NCBI GenBank assembly: GCA_034780895.1
Contig: JAUZTB010000107.1
Span: 33,580,790-33,644,789 of the forward strand
Length of the DNA: 64,000 nucleotides
DNA from: Rhynchobatus australiae
Taxonomy: Eukaryota
Direction: 5' to 3'
The notes under the pieces are model-generated. The model had not been told where the DNA came from and made no database searches. It saw nothing but the letters and a program-made list of their open reading frames with translations. Below are positions 49,930-61,899 of this stretch, piece by piece; the stretch's first letter is position 1, and each line of letters starts with the position of its first letter. The position numbers and the translations under genes are program-made.

Positions 49930-50830
49930 ATCTCAGGACCCACTTCTCAAGGAAAGCAGACATCATAATGGAATGCACCATCATCTTCAGTATGCCAACA
50001 CAGTCTTTGATCAATTGAGGGAAAGGGGATTTCAAGATCCAGCCTCTGATTTGGCACAGTGCTCATGGCCTACTTGATCGCAGTGAGCCCTACCCTCTGA
50101 TATGCTTCATAGTCCTGGACTACCTCATGGAAAAATACTACCAATATATATTCACAAAATCCTCCAAATTCACTGGAAGTATAACTGAACCAACAACAGC
50201 ATCCTCTCCTAAGTCAACATCCCTAATATTGAGGCCCTAGTTACTTTCAGTCAGCTTTGTTGGGTTGGAGACACAAGAGACTGCAGATGCTGGAATCTGG
50301 AGCAACACACAAGATACTGGAGGAACTCAGCAGGTCAAGCAGCATTGATGGAGGGAAATGGACAGTTGACATTTCAGGTCGAGACCCTTCATCTGTACTG
50401 CTTTGTTGGGTTGACTATGTTGTTCACATGCCTGACTCCAGACTCCCAAAATAGACATTCCATTCCACGCTCTGTTGTGGGAGGAGATTACCAAACAGAC
50501 AGAAAAACATTTGAGGATGTGAACAAAGATACCTCCGAGAAGCGCAACATCCCTACTGGCTCCTCGGAACCTCTGATCTATGACCAAAGTGAGAGGAGCC
50601 TTTGGGATNNNNNNNNNNNNNGAATTGAGAACCTCAGGGCCTTGCATCAGGAGAACAAAGAAGCTCCACCTCACAAACTACTCACCCACCCACTTCGTCA
50701 TGCACCTCCTGCCCCATCTGTGGAAGAGTCTGTGGTTCCCATATTGGTTTCATTAGCCACCCCAGAACCCACAAAGCCAGAGTGGAAACACGTCATGCTT
50801 GATCCTAAGGAACTGCCTAAGAAGTGAAGT
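49930..50830 (+). mobile_element. RTE-clade LINE fossil
   Basis: HFSRKADI, KILQIHWK, LCWVDYVVHMPDSRLPK and ICGRVCGSHIGFISH. Confidence 0.8.
50268..50400 (-). mobile_element. Short Penelope-terminus insertion starting with a degenerate hammerhead motif, with a 13-14 bp target-site duplication
   Basis: Flanked by GCTTTGTTGGGTTG at 50254-50267 and 50400-50413. The minus strand begins CAGTA CAGATGA AGGGTC TC GACCT GAAA T GTC AACTG. Confidence 0.8.
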
Positions 50831-51239
50831 TATAGATCTCTTTACATGGTTCCCTTCAAAAAAAAGTTCTATGTTTAATTAAAACAAACAACATCACAAC
50901 AGACATTATTAAAGTGCATAGTCCTTCAATCACACTGCTGGCTGCTTCCAAATCTATGATCATTAACTAGTATTTGTCACAGGGGATTCCCACTGCTGTT
51001 TAATTATTCCATCTTACTTTGGAGAATACAGACGGTTCACTGCACCAAAGGGGACCTGCATTACAGTGCAGTCCTCAATACTCTGATCTGTGGACAAGTC
51101 TCTTCTTTCAGTTCTCTTCAGAAGGAAGCTGCATCGTGCTTCCAATCATCTCTCTGCAGAACTAGTTTTTATTCCTTCATTTCATGCCAATGTAACGATA
51201 CTAAAATTTCAGATTTATGAGACTCTGTGAGAAGGTTTC

Positions 51240-51660
51240 ATTTGTCAGGATCTGGACATTGTAGGCAAAGGCACGATATGTTACCCACACCTAATGGACA
51301 TCAGAAAGTGATCGTGAGACACCTTCTTGAACCACTACTGCCTGAAGGCACTCCCACAATGCTCTTAAACTGGGAATTTCAGGATTTAGATTCAGTGCAT
51401 CTCCACGTGCTTATTTACCTTATCCTGCTTGCACAGACTGCAGATGAGACACACTGCAATCACAGAGCACCAGCGATGAAAGGAGTGAATGTTTAGGATA
51501 GTGGATATGGTGCCAATCAAGTAGGCTGTTTTGTCCTGGATGGTGTCAACTTTCTTTGTTGAAGCTGCAGTCATCCAAGCAGACAGAGTATTCCATCATG
51601 CTCCTGATTTGTGCCTTGCAGATGGCACAAACACTTTTACTGTGTCGAGAGATGAGACTC
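51240..51660 (-). mobile_element. L2/Crack-like LINE ORF2 3' fossil
   Basis: ICKAQIRSMMEYS...MTAASTKKVDTIQDKTAYLIGTISTILNIHSFHR. Confidence 0.8.
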
Positions 51661-51974
51661 TCATCCCTTGAGTCCCTATGTCTCCCTTTACTGAGGTTCT
51701 AGCATAATTTTATTCCTTGCTGAAAACTCATCTAAAGTACTCATGTATATCTGGACCAAGAACAATGGCTCTGACCTCATGTTCTAGCCACAGAATGAGT
51801 GTGGCTAGTGCAGTTGAGTTTCTGTTCAATAATGCTTTTCAGATTGCTTAACAGTTTTGGAAGCATAAATTTCACTTGCCACGTAACAGTATTTAAAAAA
51901 CACACACACCTAAGGGATATCTAGGATTTACACAATTCAGAAATGGACTTCTAAACCTGTTGGGGTGTTGCAGA

Positions 51975-52200
51975 TGCATGGAAAGTGGTCACTTGGCTCA
52001 TTAAGTCTGTCTGTACCAGCTCTATGTTAGAGCAATCCTTTGCCTTCTTTCCAGAGCCCTGTAAATCCTTTCTGGTATGTATCCAGCTCCCTATTGAATC
52101 CTATAAGTGAATCTTGCTTCACCACTACTACTGGCAACGTATTCCAGATCCTAGCCATATGTTGTGTAAAAGTATCTTTCCTCATTTCACTTTTGATTCT
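51975..52200 (-). mobile_element. CR1 LINE 3' end
   Basis: KSEMRKDTFTQHMARIWNTLPVVVVKQDSLIGFNRELDTY. Confidence 0.85.
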
Positions 52201-52499
52201 TTTGGAACATAGAACAGTACAGCACAATACAGTTTTTTTTAAACTACAGATGCTGGTTGTGTTAACAACCTGGCAACTGTCATTTGTTCCTATTTCCTGC
52301 TCTATTTTTCTTCCTAGTCTTCCATAAAACCCTGGTTTTAATTTTCTTCCCCTTCTCCTTCATGGAATGTACCAAGACTGTAGCTGAAACATCTCCACTT
52401 TAAAGGTCTCCCATAATTCAAATGAATAGAACTGAACATTATACAGTCATCAGCAAACATCCTCTCTTCCAACATTTTGATGGACATTGATGAATATCA

Positions 52500-52725
52500 A
52501 GAAAAAAAAACTGCAGATGCTGGAAATCTGAAACAAAAACAGGACGACGCTGGAAGCACTCACAAGGTCAGGCAGCATCTAGAGAAGGAGGAAGAGAGTT
52601 AATATTGAAGTCTGAAATGTTAACCCTGATTGTTTTTCCACAGATGTTGTCTGGCCTGCTTAGAGTTTCCAGCATTTTCTGCTTTTATTTCAGATTTCCA
52701 GCATCTGCAATATTTATGATTTTTA
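52500..52725. repeat. Fold-back (inverted) pair of Penelope-type terminal repeats
   Basis: Perfect 22-bp outer arms TGCAGATGCTGGAAATCTGAAA (52512-52533) and its reverse complement (52688-52709). Imperfect pairing continues about 95 bp inward. Confidence 0.9.
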
Positions 52726-53199
52726 TTTGCTGTGGGTCTGAACTGTTAAATATAACAATTCTGTTACATTCACAGCTTTACTATTTAATTGTGGTGGTAT
52801 AGGTGATGCTGTCGATTGTCAAAAATATCATGTTTCAGCAAACACTGCAAATTCTATAGATGTAAAGTCCATTATGACTAATTAGGATATTCAGTTATTT
52901 CAAAATACCACTGACAGTAGTTGAAGCAATTCAACTCACTTCAATAAAGTTATAATAATCACTTACACAATGTGACCATTTAACTCACAGAAGTCAGCAC
53001 CAACCTTTGCCCATTGCCTTGCCACAATGGTAATTGAAATAAAAGTCCGCTAACTCGCAATTTTCACTGTACCAAATGAATAGTACTATTTGAAAGACAT
53101 TGCTTAAGCGCAGTCATTATCCATAGCCACGACAATCTTGGACTCCCTAACTGCAGTCTTCTATGCTGACATATGTTGAAAGAGTAACCACCCTTAATG

Positions 53200-55800
53200 T
53201 TTTATATAGGACAGCTGGTACAATTTGTTGTTCCTGACTATTATATTTCCTTATGCAGTTAATTTATCTTGAAAATCAATGGATGGAAACACTCAGGCAA
53301 GTCTGACATGACCCCAAGACATTACTGCTGAATGATAACTTTGTTGTTTTTGAACTGGATGATTAAACCATTCCCAACTTGTTTCATGGTGATCAGTTTC
53401 TTTCAACTCACATGTAAAATCACAGATACTAACTTCTGACAATTATGCTTTTGCTCTCTGAATCTGCTAATACCATCTCTTCCTCTTTTTCAAATGCTAC
53501 TTCACTGAAAACTTTTGACAAAATTCACTTAATTCTTCTAGGTGGAAAAACAATTGTTTCCAATGTATTCTTTTCAACATCTATCACATATACCTATCCA
53601 GAGATATTCTGTTCAAACTGGTCACAGCAAACAAAATTTCTAAGAGCTCCATCTCCATTTGTACATATTTCATCTCTGCTTCTGTTACAACCCTTATTCC
53701 ACAGGCAAATCATTCTCCAATGTGCATCATTGTTATCCAAATCCAATTTGAGGAGCATTAGATTATAAAGTTACCTCTTCTGTAAGATAATAATGTCTAT
53801 TAATTAGTGACCACTACCTTGTCTCTTCAGCACCACTTTGTGGGATTTTCCCCAGAACCACTCTATATCTTTCCATTCTAAATGTCTGAGGGACTTTACC
53901 ATAGCTGATAGATTAGGGAAAATTGCACATGTCCCAAAAAACCATTGGACAAGCCCTACATCTGTCAGTACTGGCATTTCCAAAAGTGCTTCAACTTCTG
54001 CTGGATCTGGACAAAATCCTTGGTCCATGGCAACAGCTCCAATGAAAGCAACATTTTGTTTCTATGACTTTATTTAGCACTCGTCAATGATCACTGCACT
54101 TTTGAAGTAATCATGATCTTAAATCACTTATTCTAATTTTTCTCTAAATCCTAGAGCCACAAATTCATCAGCAATTGATTGAAGTCCTTTCACCAATTCA
54201 TGTATTTTCCTTTGAAAAAGTTCAATCATAAATGTGACCCTGCATTACCTATGCTTCACACGGTACTCTCAAACGGTACATGGAAAGGAGTTACATATGA
54301 CAATTAGCCATCTAAACTTATGTACCAAAAGTCATTTCAAACATCATATAGGTGTGTGGCTCCATCTGCTATTGATAATAAAGCTCTGTTAGTAGGTTTA
54401 TTCAATATTTTAGGATATAAACATGTGTTGTGATTGATTGTTCTTAGATATTGCCACCACTGAATTGATCCAAGCTGTCAGTACTATGACTGGAACTAGA
54501 ATATCAAGTCTAAGACATCTAGCAGTTCGTTCTGCCTACTTTCTCAGCCATTAGCAACCTATGAGGTGCAAGTTGATGCTAAATTATTCTACTGCTTAAA
54601 TATTCTCCTTTAAGTTGTCAAATTCCATCACATTACAGCAGAGTGTACTTCTGCATTAAACATTCTTTAGTTACTGCCTTATAGCCAATTAACATATATA
54701 CCCCGATTCCAGTGGATGGTGCTCTATTATTATTGAATTATATACACTGTACATGCCTTTTGGCCCAGCAAATCCTAAAGTCACATTATCTACTTGTTTT
54801 CATTCAAACTTACATTTCTTGTTTATTACCATACTGGACTAACAGTTACACTTGCCCTNNNNNNNNNNNNNNNNNNNNNNNNNNNNNNNNNNNNNNNNNN
54901 NNNNNNNNNNNNNNNNNNNNNNNNNNNNNNNNNNNNNNNNNNNNNNNNNNNNNNNNNNCCCTTAAACAGGAAGGCAAGATTTACCAATAAGCTATAAGCA
55001 TAGATTCAAGTGGTTCCACTTTTATAAGTTTAAAATCAATGGATTTTTTCTCACATAAGTGATCCAGAATTATATTTCATTGGGCTCCTTTACTTATTGG
55101 AAATCTCAGATGCCACCTGACTCTAACTTAAGTGTAGCACACAACTCATCATGAAAACAAGCACTCATCTCACAGACAACAAAAACTATTGCTCTTAGCT
55201 CCTCATCAATTCTTCAGCCTGGGTGTTTACATGTTTGTTCCCATAGCAATTCCTTGCAAAATACTTGCTCCTTCTGTGCCCATTATACACTAAACTAAAA
55301 ACAGGGTGTAATTTCTCCAGTGGAACTCATTTTCTCCCATAGTTTCAACACTTGTGTCCTTGAATTTTATTTTAGCCTTAGTTCGTAGCTTTTCTCTGTC
55401 ATCCCCAGAGGTTTCTTTGAGTTTACATGCTGTTCACTTTCTGTCCTGTTGACTCACTAAATTACTTAATGTTGAATCTCCATGCTCTCTGTTTTCTCTG
55501 AGATCAGGTTATTTCTCAAAGCAATCTTTCTCACAGCTTTGAGTCTACAATTCCAAACACAAGTCTGTCTCTAAGTATTTCTCCCAGCATTTCTATATGA
55601 AACTCACAACCTTCCATGAGTTTTCACAAAGTTGATCTGTATTGATCATATGATTCACCAGCATCTTGTCTTCTCCTGTTATACTTATGCCTCTCAAAGG
55701 GAATGTCTCTTCACGATACTCAGAAAATTTCCTCAACACAGGGACAATCTTGCATTTATCCTCCTCTTAGGTCCAGTCCGTCCAAGTGGAATAAACTTCA
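53200..55800 (-). mobile_element. Gypsy/Ty3 LTR retrotransposon gag-pol fossil
   Basis: Gag IPFERHKYNRRRQDAGESYDQYRSTL*KLMEGCEF...EILRDRLVFGI (~55510-55710). Decayed protease RFPISKGAQ*NII (55069-55107). RT IADEF and GFCPDPAEVEALLEMP...FPNLSAMVKSLRHLEWKDIEWFWG. LTRs not identified. Confidence 0.85.
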
Positions 55801-57571
55801 ACCACTTCTATATCTAGCATAGACAATAACTGAACTCATTTGATCCTCTGTTCCAAATTCATCACTGCAGCAGAATTCTGCCGAGCTAACTCCCATACCC
55901 TGCACTTCACTGCAACATTTCCATCATGTATTTCAAGAGCTTGCGGTGGTGATAAAGCACTTCCCACAACCAACAGGTATACCATTAGGTCTTTGAGAAG
56001 CTTTCAAAACAATTGGCTAGCTCCAAGCTATTCACCAAAGCAAAGTGAGAGTAGCTTTAAAAAAACTATCCACCACCTCTGCCAGCATGTATTGGTTCCT
56101 CTTTGATTTTAATCATAGTCAAGATTGTTTACAAAGAGAAATTAAGAAAGATAATGTAACTGCATTAAACGCAGGAAGGCAAGCATTTTACAGACTGCTT
56201 TGTTAGCTACTTTCATAGAGAAACTCTACAGAACTCTACAACAATGTAAATAAACAAGACTACATTGAAAACAGCAACAATGCTTAATTAATGAGATCAT
56301 ACATCTGCTTTTTGTACATTTTAGTCACTCAATCACTAATTGCTGGGTTTCAACTGCCTTAGTTTCTAGACTCTTCCCCCCAAACCGTCAGGGCACTCTT
56401 CTCTCCATTGCAATGTTCTCTTAAAACCTCTCTTTGACCAAACCTTTGATCATTTATACCAATACCTCTACCTCCAACTTGTAATTATTGACAACACTTT
56501 GTTACATGTTTTGACATATTTTGCTGTTTTAAAAGGTGCTGGGTGAATCAAAACTGGATGGATTCAAGATCGCAGTTCATTGGCAGTCGAAAGCATGTTT
56601 TAATTGAGGTCCTGCTGCTTCCATTGCTCAAGCCATGAAGGTTTAATGCAGACAAGGGCCTTTCCTCTGCCACTCTACAGGAAGATTATGTGTAATTGCT
56701 TGGAGGAGAACTGGAGAGGTGACAGTAATGAGAGACCCAAGTGGAAGGACAGAGGATGCTAGCAACATAAATGCATAAGGAAAGTTAAGTTTTTAACTAA
56801 AAGAATGCCTGACTGCAGCTGATTCCCAGTACAGGGAACCTGTGTGTTGCCAATGCATCTTTCATATTCATAATGAAGGCCTAGACTGACCACCTTAATA
56901 TTGCATATCAACTGTTGAGACATGAAGTTCTTAACCAGTTTATCAGAACTTAAACACATACTTCCAAATAATTTGATGGTGAAATGAGCAAATGCATTGC
57001 AGAGCCAGCAGAAAAGTATTAAAGGATATCATCAGAGAATAAGAATGTACATGATGCCATAAATTCAGATGAGCACAAACATAAACTATGAAGTTAATAC
57101 AGCTNNNNNNNNNNNCACACTATCTCTGTATTACTGAAAAGTTAAACATGCATTATTAATAATTTAGATCCATTATCTATCACTAAACATTCAATGGAAA
57201 TGGTAACAAACAAAATAAACCAACCAAATGTTAAATCAGCACTCATAAAAATAGACACTCATTGTTGTATTAGCTGGACCCACTATTATAATGCAAGTAC
57301 AAACACCTAATCACAAGAGTGAGAATAATGCTACGCATGTGTATCAGGACTACATTACAGCGCCTGAACCCCAGATAGTCTGAATTATGTCACATTCCTA
57401 ACTGGTTGAAAACTGGTGGTCTTTCTCATAAAGTGGAATATTTTCACACAGTCCTGATTTAAACACATAGGAAATGATTTTTTTTTCCCTGGAATGCCTT
57501 TTATTTCCCATAGAGCAAATACTTGGTCCGCTGTGTAATTAACCATACCCTAATGTATGTTCGATGCCACT

Positions 57572-57860
57572 GAATCATAGAATGGTCATGGCATTGTGTC
57601 TAGGCTGGTTCTCATAGAATGGTGGAAACATACAGTACAGAAACAGGCACTTGTAGCTCACCTTGTCCATGCCAACTGTAATGCCTACCTACGCTGACCA
57701 GATTTGCCCTCATTTATTCCTCTACTTCTTTCCCGTCCAAGTATACGTCCCCATGCCTTTTAAACATTGTAATTGTACACCTCAACCACCTACTCTGGCA
57801 GTTCGTTCCAACTATTCACCACACCCTACGTAAACAAAAAAATACCCATTAGATCTTCTT
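57572..57860 (-). mobile_element. CR1 LINE 3' end(s)
   Basis: GAATCATAGAAT and GAAACATACAGTACAGAAACAGGC tails; CTGGCAGTTCGTTCCA (rc WNELP). Confidence 0.75.
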
Positions 57861-58479
57861 TCTTCACAAGAGCAATTTAGCTGGTCCCATTTCTTAACTT
57901 TCACCTCATAGCAATGCAAAATTCTTTCTTTTTAGATACTTGCCAAGCTCTCNNNNNNNNNNNNNNNNNNNNNNNNNNNNNNNNNNNNNNNNNNNNNNNN
58001 NNNNNNNNNNNNNNNNNNNNNNNNNNNNNNNNNNNNNNNNNNNNNNNNNNNNNNNNNNNNNNNNNNNNNNNNNNNNNNNNNNNNNNNNNNNNNNNNNNNN
58101 NNNNNNNNNNNNNNNNNNNNNNNNNNNNNNNNNNNNNNNNNNNNNNNNNNNNNNNNNNNNNNNNNNNNNNNNNNNNNNNNNNNNNNNNNNNNNNNNNNNN
58201 NNNNNNNNNNNNNNNNNNNNNNNNNNNNNNNNNNNNNNNNNNNNNNNNNNNNNNNNNNNNNNNNNNNNNNNNNNNNNNNNNNNNNNNNNNNNNNNNNNNN
58301 NNNNNNNNNNNNNNNNNNNNNNNNNNNNNNNNNNNNNNNNNNNNNNNNNNNNNNNNNNNNNNNNNNNNNNNNNNNNNNNNNNNNNNNNNNNNNNNNNNNN
58401 NNNNNNNNNNNNNNNNNNNNNNNNNNNNNNNNNNNNNNNNNNNNNNTTCTTTTTAGATACTTGCCCAGCTCTCTTTTAA

Positions 58480-58880
58480 TCCACTACAATTGAATCTGCT
58501 ATTCCAAACAGTGCATTACATACCTAACCACTTGCTGTGTAACAAAAATCCTTATATCACTTTTGCCAATCACCTTCATTCTGTATTCCATCGATCTTGA
58601 TCCCTTCATCAACTGGAACAGTTCCTAACTCTTTTGCCTAGACCCTTCAAGAACTTAAGTACCTCTATGAGATTTCCTCATAGCCCCAGCTTCTCCAGTC
58701 TATCCACATAACTAAAATCCTAGAATTACTTTGGTAAATATCTTCTGCATCTACTCTAAAACATTCACAACTTTTCTAAAGGCAGTTCCCAGAAGTGGAC
58801 TCAGTACTCAGTTATGACCAAACTAATGTTTTCTAAAGGTTCATCATGATTTGCTTACTCATGCATTCTGTGTTGCTATT
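58480..58880 (-). mobile_element. CR1 LINE fossil
   Basis: CCCCAGCTTCTCCAGTCTATCC (rc DRLEKLG), TGGTAAATATCTTCTGCA (rc QKIFT), and CCCAGAAGTGGACTCAGTACTC. Confidence 0.75.
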
Positions 58881-59884
58881 TAGCACTGTTCTTACTTTAA
58901 AAGAACCGTACACACAGGTACAATCAGAAATGGAAATGTTGCCATAATTTCTCTTTCCTATCCTTCTGCAGCTACATCATTAATTTATAACAAATTAAGG
59001 TCTAACACCAGCAACACTCTGGTGCTTACATGTCTGTAGCAGTGATCACAGTGCATTGAATCACTAAGCCATTGCAAGGGAAAATGATAACATTTCCATA
59101 AGCAAAATAAAATTTTGAACATTGAAGTGAAATGACCTTCATATAAGAAAAAATATTCAAAAATGCCACCTTGGATTCCATTGTAGGCTCTAATTTTGAT
59201 ATATGAAGAGTTCACAGGTGTGTATTAAACATTGTGCAATTAAAAACAAGCTATTTATTATGTCCTCTAATTATTTACTTGAACATGATTTTAGAATTAT
59301 CTGGACATTAAAATATATCTGGCACTCAAAAGTTAATTTAGCTCACTCTGTCAGTACGTATAGCCTTCATAATTTGTAACACCTCAGGATATGTACCACC
59401 ATTTTTCTAATAAGATTATAAATGAGTAGCAACATTCATTGTCAAAGTAGGCTTTGAAAATAAATAACTCACCAAAAATCATTTGTTAAAACTGTAGCTG
59501 ATACAGTTATTCAAACTAAAAATACCTGTGGGCAGATGTTGTTTGCAATGCAGAAATGTTTGTCAATCATGTCAATGTGCTTGTTTTCATTGAAGCAGAC
59601 CAATGGATTGGCATATCCTATGAGTGAGTCACTGATAATTTAGCTGTTCATCTGCATTATGTTTTCATCTCTAAGCAGCCTCTGATAATGATCACAAAAA
59701 TGCTAATGAGCAATGGCACAGGTCTTGATGTGAGCATATTCCAGTCCCTGAAAAAAAATCAACTAAATTTGGGTGATCCAAATAATTTTGCTCTCCTCCT
59801 TTATACAGAGTTAATGTTTTGACAGATCACCTATCAAAAGGTAGCAGAGGAAAAAGGTTTTACAGGAGTGCCAAAAAAACAGTT

Positions 59885-61135
59885 GCTCATCTATCAACAC
59901 AATGGGTCAGGCAGCATCTGTGGAAGCAAAAGTGCAAGTTGATGTTTTGGGACAAGACCTTGATTCAGGACTGAGCAGGAAGAGGAAATATAGTCAGTAT
60001 ATAGTAGTACAAGGGAGGGGTGGGACAAAAGTCAGTAGGTCATAGGTGGAACCAATAAAGAGGAGAGACGGGCAGATGCAACCAGGTGAGGAAGGGGTAA
60101 GGCATGGGAAAGGTGAACAAAGGGAGTAGGAAGCCAGGTGGACAGGTGACTGGATGTGGGCTACTGAAATTGGAAAATTCAATGTTCATACCATAGGGTT
60201 GTAAGTTATGCAAGTGAAATATGAGATGTTGTTCTTCCAATTTATGTTAAGCCTCTCCATAGCAGTGAGAATGCACAGGAGTGGGAAGGAGACCTAAAAT
60301 GGAATGCTAGAGAAACAAAGGACTGCAGATGCTAGAATCTAGATGAAAACCAGGATGATGCTGGAGGAACTCAGCAGGCCGGGCAGCATCCATGGAGAAA
60401 AGCAGGCGATCAACATTTCAGGTTAGGATGCTTCTTCAGGACTGAAGTTGGGAAAAGGGGAAGTCCAATATATAGGACGGAAAGCAGAGCAGTGATAGGT
60501 GGACAAAAGAGGGGAGGCATGGTAGGTATGTGGTGGTGATATCTATCTTCAATCCTGAAGAAGGATCCTGACCCGAAACACTGACCACCTGCTTTTTTCC
60601 ATGGATGCTGCCTGGCCTGCTGAGCTTCTCCAGCATCATCATGTTTCTCATTGAACTGGAGAGAGCACTGGTGCTCCGCAAAATGGTTGCCTAGTCAATG
60701 CTTGGTTTCTCCAATGTAGAGGAGGTCACATCAGCACAGAATACAGGAGACCAGGTTGGAAGAGGTGCAGGTGAACCTCTGCCTCACTTGGAAGGGCTGT
60801 TTATGTCACTGGACGGCGCTGAGGGAGGATGTGAAGGGACAGGTGTTACACCTCTACAGTTGCAGGGGAAAGTGTCAGGGGATAGGGAAGGTGAGTGAGG
60901 TGGGATGCATGTACTAGTGTGTAATGAAGAGAGTAGTCCCTGCAGAAAGCAGAAAAAGAGGGGGTAGAGGAGAAGATGCAACTTGTGGTGGATCACGCTG
61001 GAGCTGGCAAAAATGGGCAAGGACGATATGTTGGGTGCAGAGGCTGGTGAGATGAAAAGTGATGACCAAGGGAGCTCTATCACTGTTCTGTCTGGAGGTG
61101 AGAGCGCAATGCAGAAAATACTTGTGCTCATTAAC
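59885..61135 (-). mobile_element. Penelope-like element fossil (RT thumb/linker, GIY-YIG endonuclease, 3' terminal repeat), interrupted at ~60311-60650
   Basis: DRAPLVITFHLTSL...QRDP, DTFPCNC, FQVRQRFTCTSSNLVSCILC*CDLLYIGETKH*LGNHFAEH, HFRSPSHS and EEQHLIFHLHNLQPYGMNIEFSNF. Confidence 0.9.
60311..60650. mobile_element. Inverted pair of Penelope terminal repeats nested inside the Penelope ORF
   Basis: GATGATGCTGGAGGAACTCAGCAGGCCGGGCAGCATCCATGGAGAAAAGCAGG, mirrored by CCTGCTTTTTTCCATGGATGCTGCCTGGCCTGCTGAGCTTCTCCAGCATCATC. Each arm carries CTGAAGA...GAAA. Confidence 0.85.
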
Positions 61136-61899
61136 CAAACTAGGTAATCAAAAAAATGAGTGGAGAAGAATTGGTTATCTACTAATCAGGATTTCAGTCA
61201 GGTGTCTGGTGCAAGAAGAAATGTAAGGGCATTGTTACGGTGGAGGTTGGAAAGATGGTGAGAACATGTAAAAAAAACTGAATTACATTTTTTATATTTC
61301 CAATGATTCAAAAAAATCACTAAAATATTACANNNNNNNNNNNNNNNNNNNNNNNNNNNNNNNNNNNNNNNNNNNNNNNNNNNNNNNNNNNNNNNNNNNN
61401 NNNNNNNNNNNNNNNNNNNNNNNNNNNNNNNNATATTTCCAATGATTCAAAAAAAGCACTAAAATATTCCACTTCGAAACAGCTTTTACAAAATCTGCAT
61501 CAGTTGCATTAACACAACCGATCATATCATACTAAAGTACTTCTATATGTAACAGCTAACACTACCATGCAACCCAAGCACCAACTGAGCTGTTTTTAAT
61601 CACACTTCACTTATCCAACCTAATCACTACTTTACAAAAACAAATGAGGCAGTTTGCTTATGTTGTGAGATATTTTCTCTACTTACTGATGCAAGTAAAA
61701 AATTTGACACATATCAGGTGGATTTCCCTTCCTTACAGCCTTGCTAACTTTTAAATTATTACAGAAAAAATATCACCAATGGCAAAGTGTCTCACAAAAG
61801 AATTTAGAAAAATTCAGGTGTCCAGTCTCAGAAGTACAGTATGTAAGAGCATGTATTGGATACCAGTTGGTGGACTAAGAAATAAGCAGTGTAGGTTCA

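Noticed and set aside
50345-50827. 160-aa proline-rich ORF
   Set aside because: It is an off-frame reading of the RTE fossil plus the Penelope insert.
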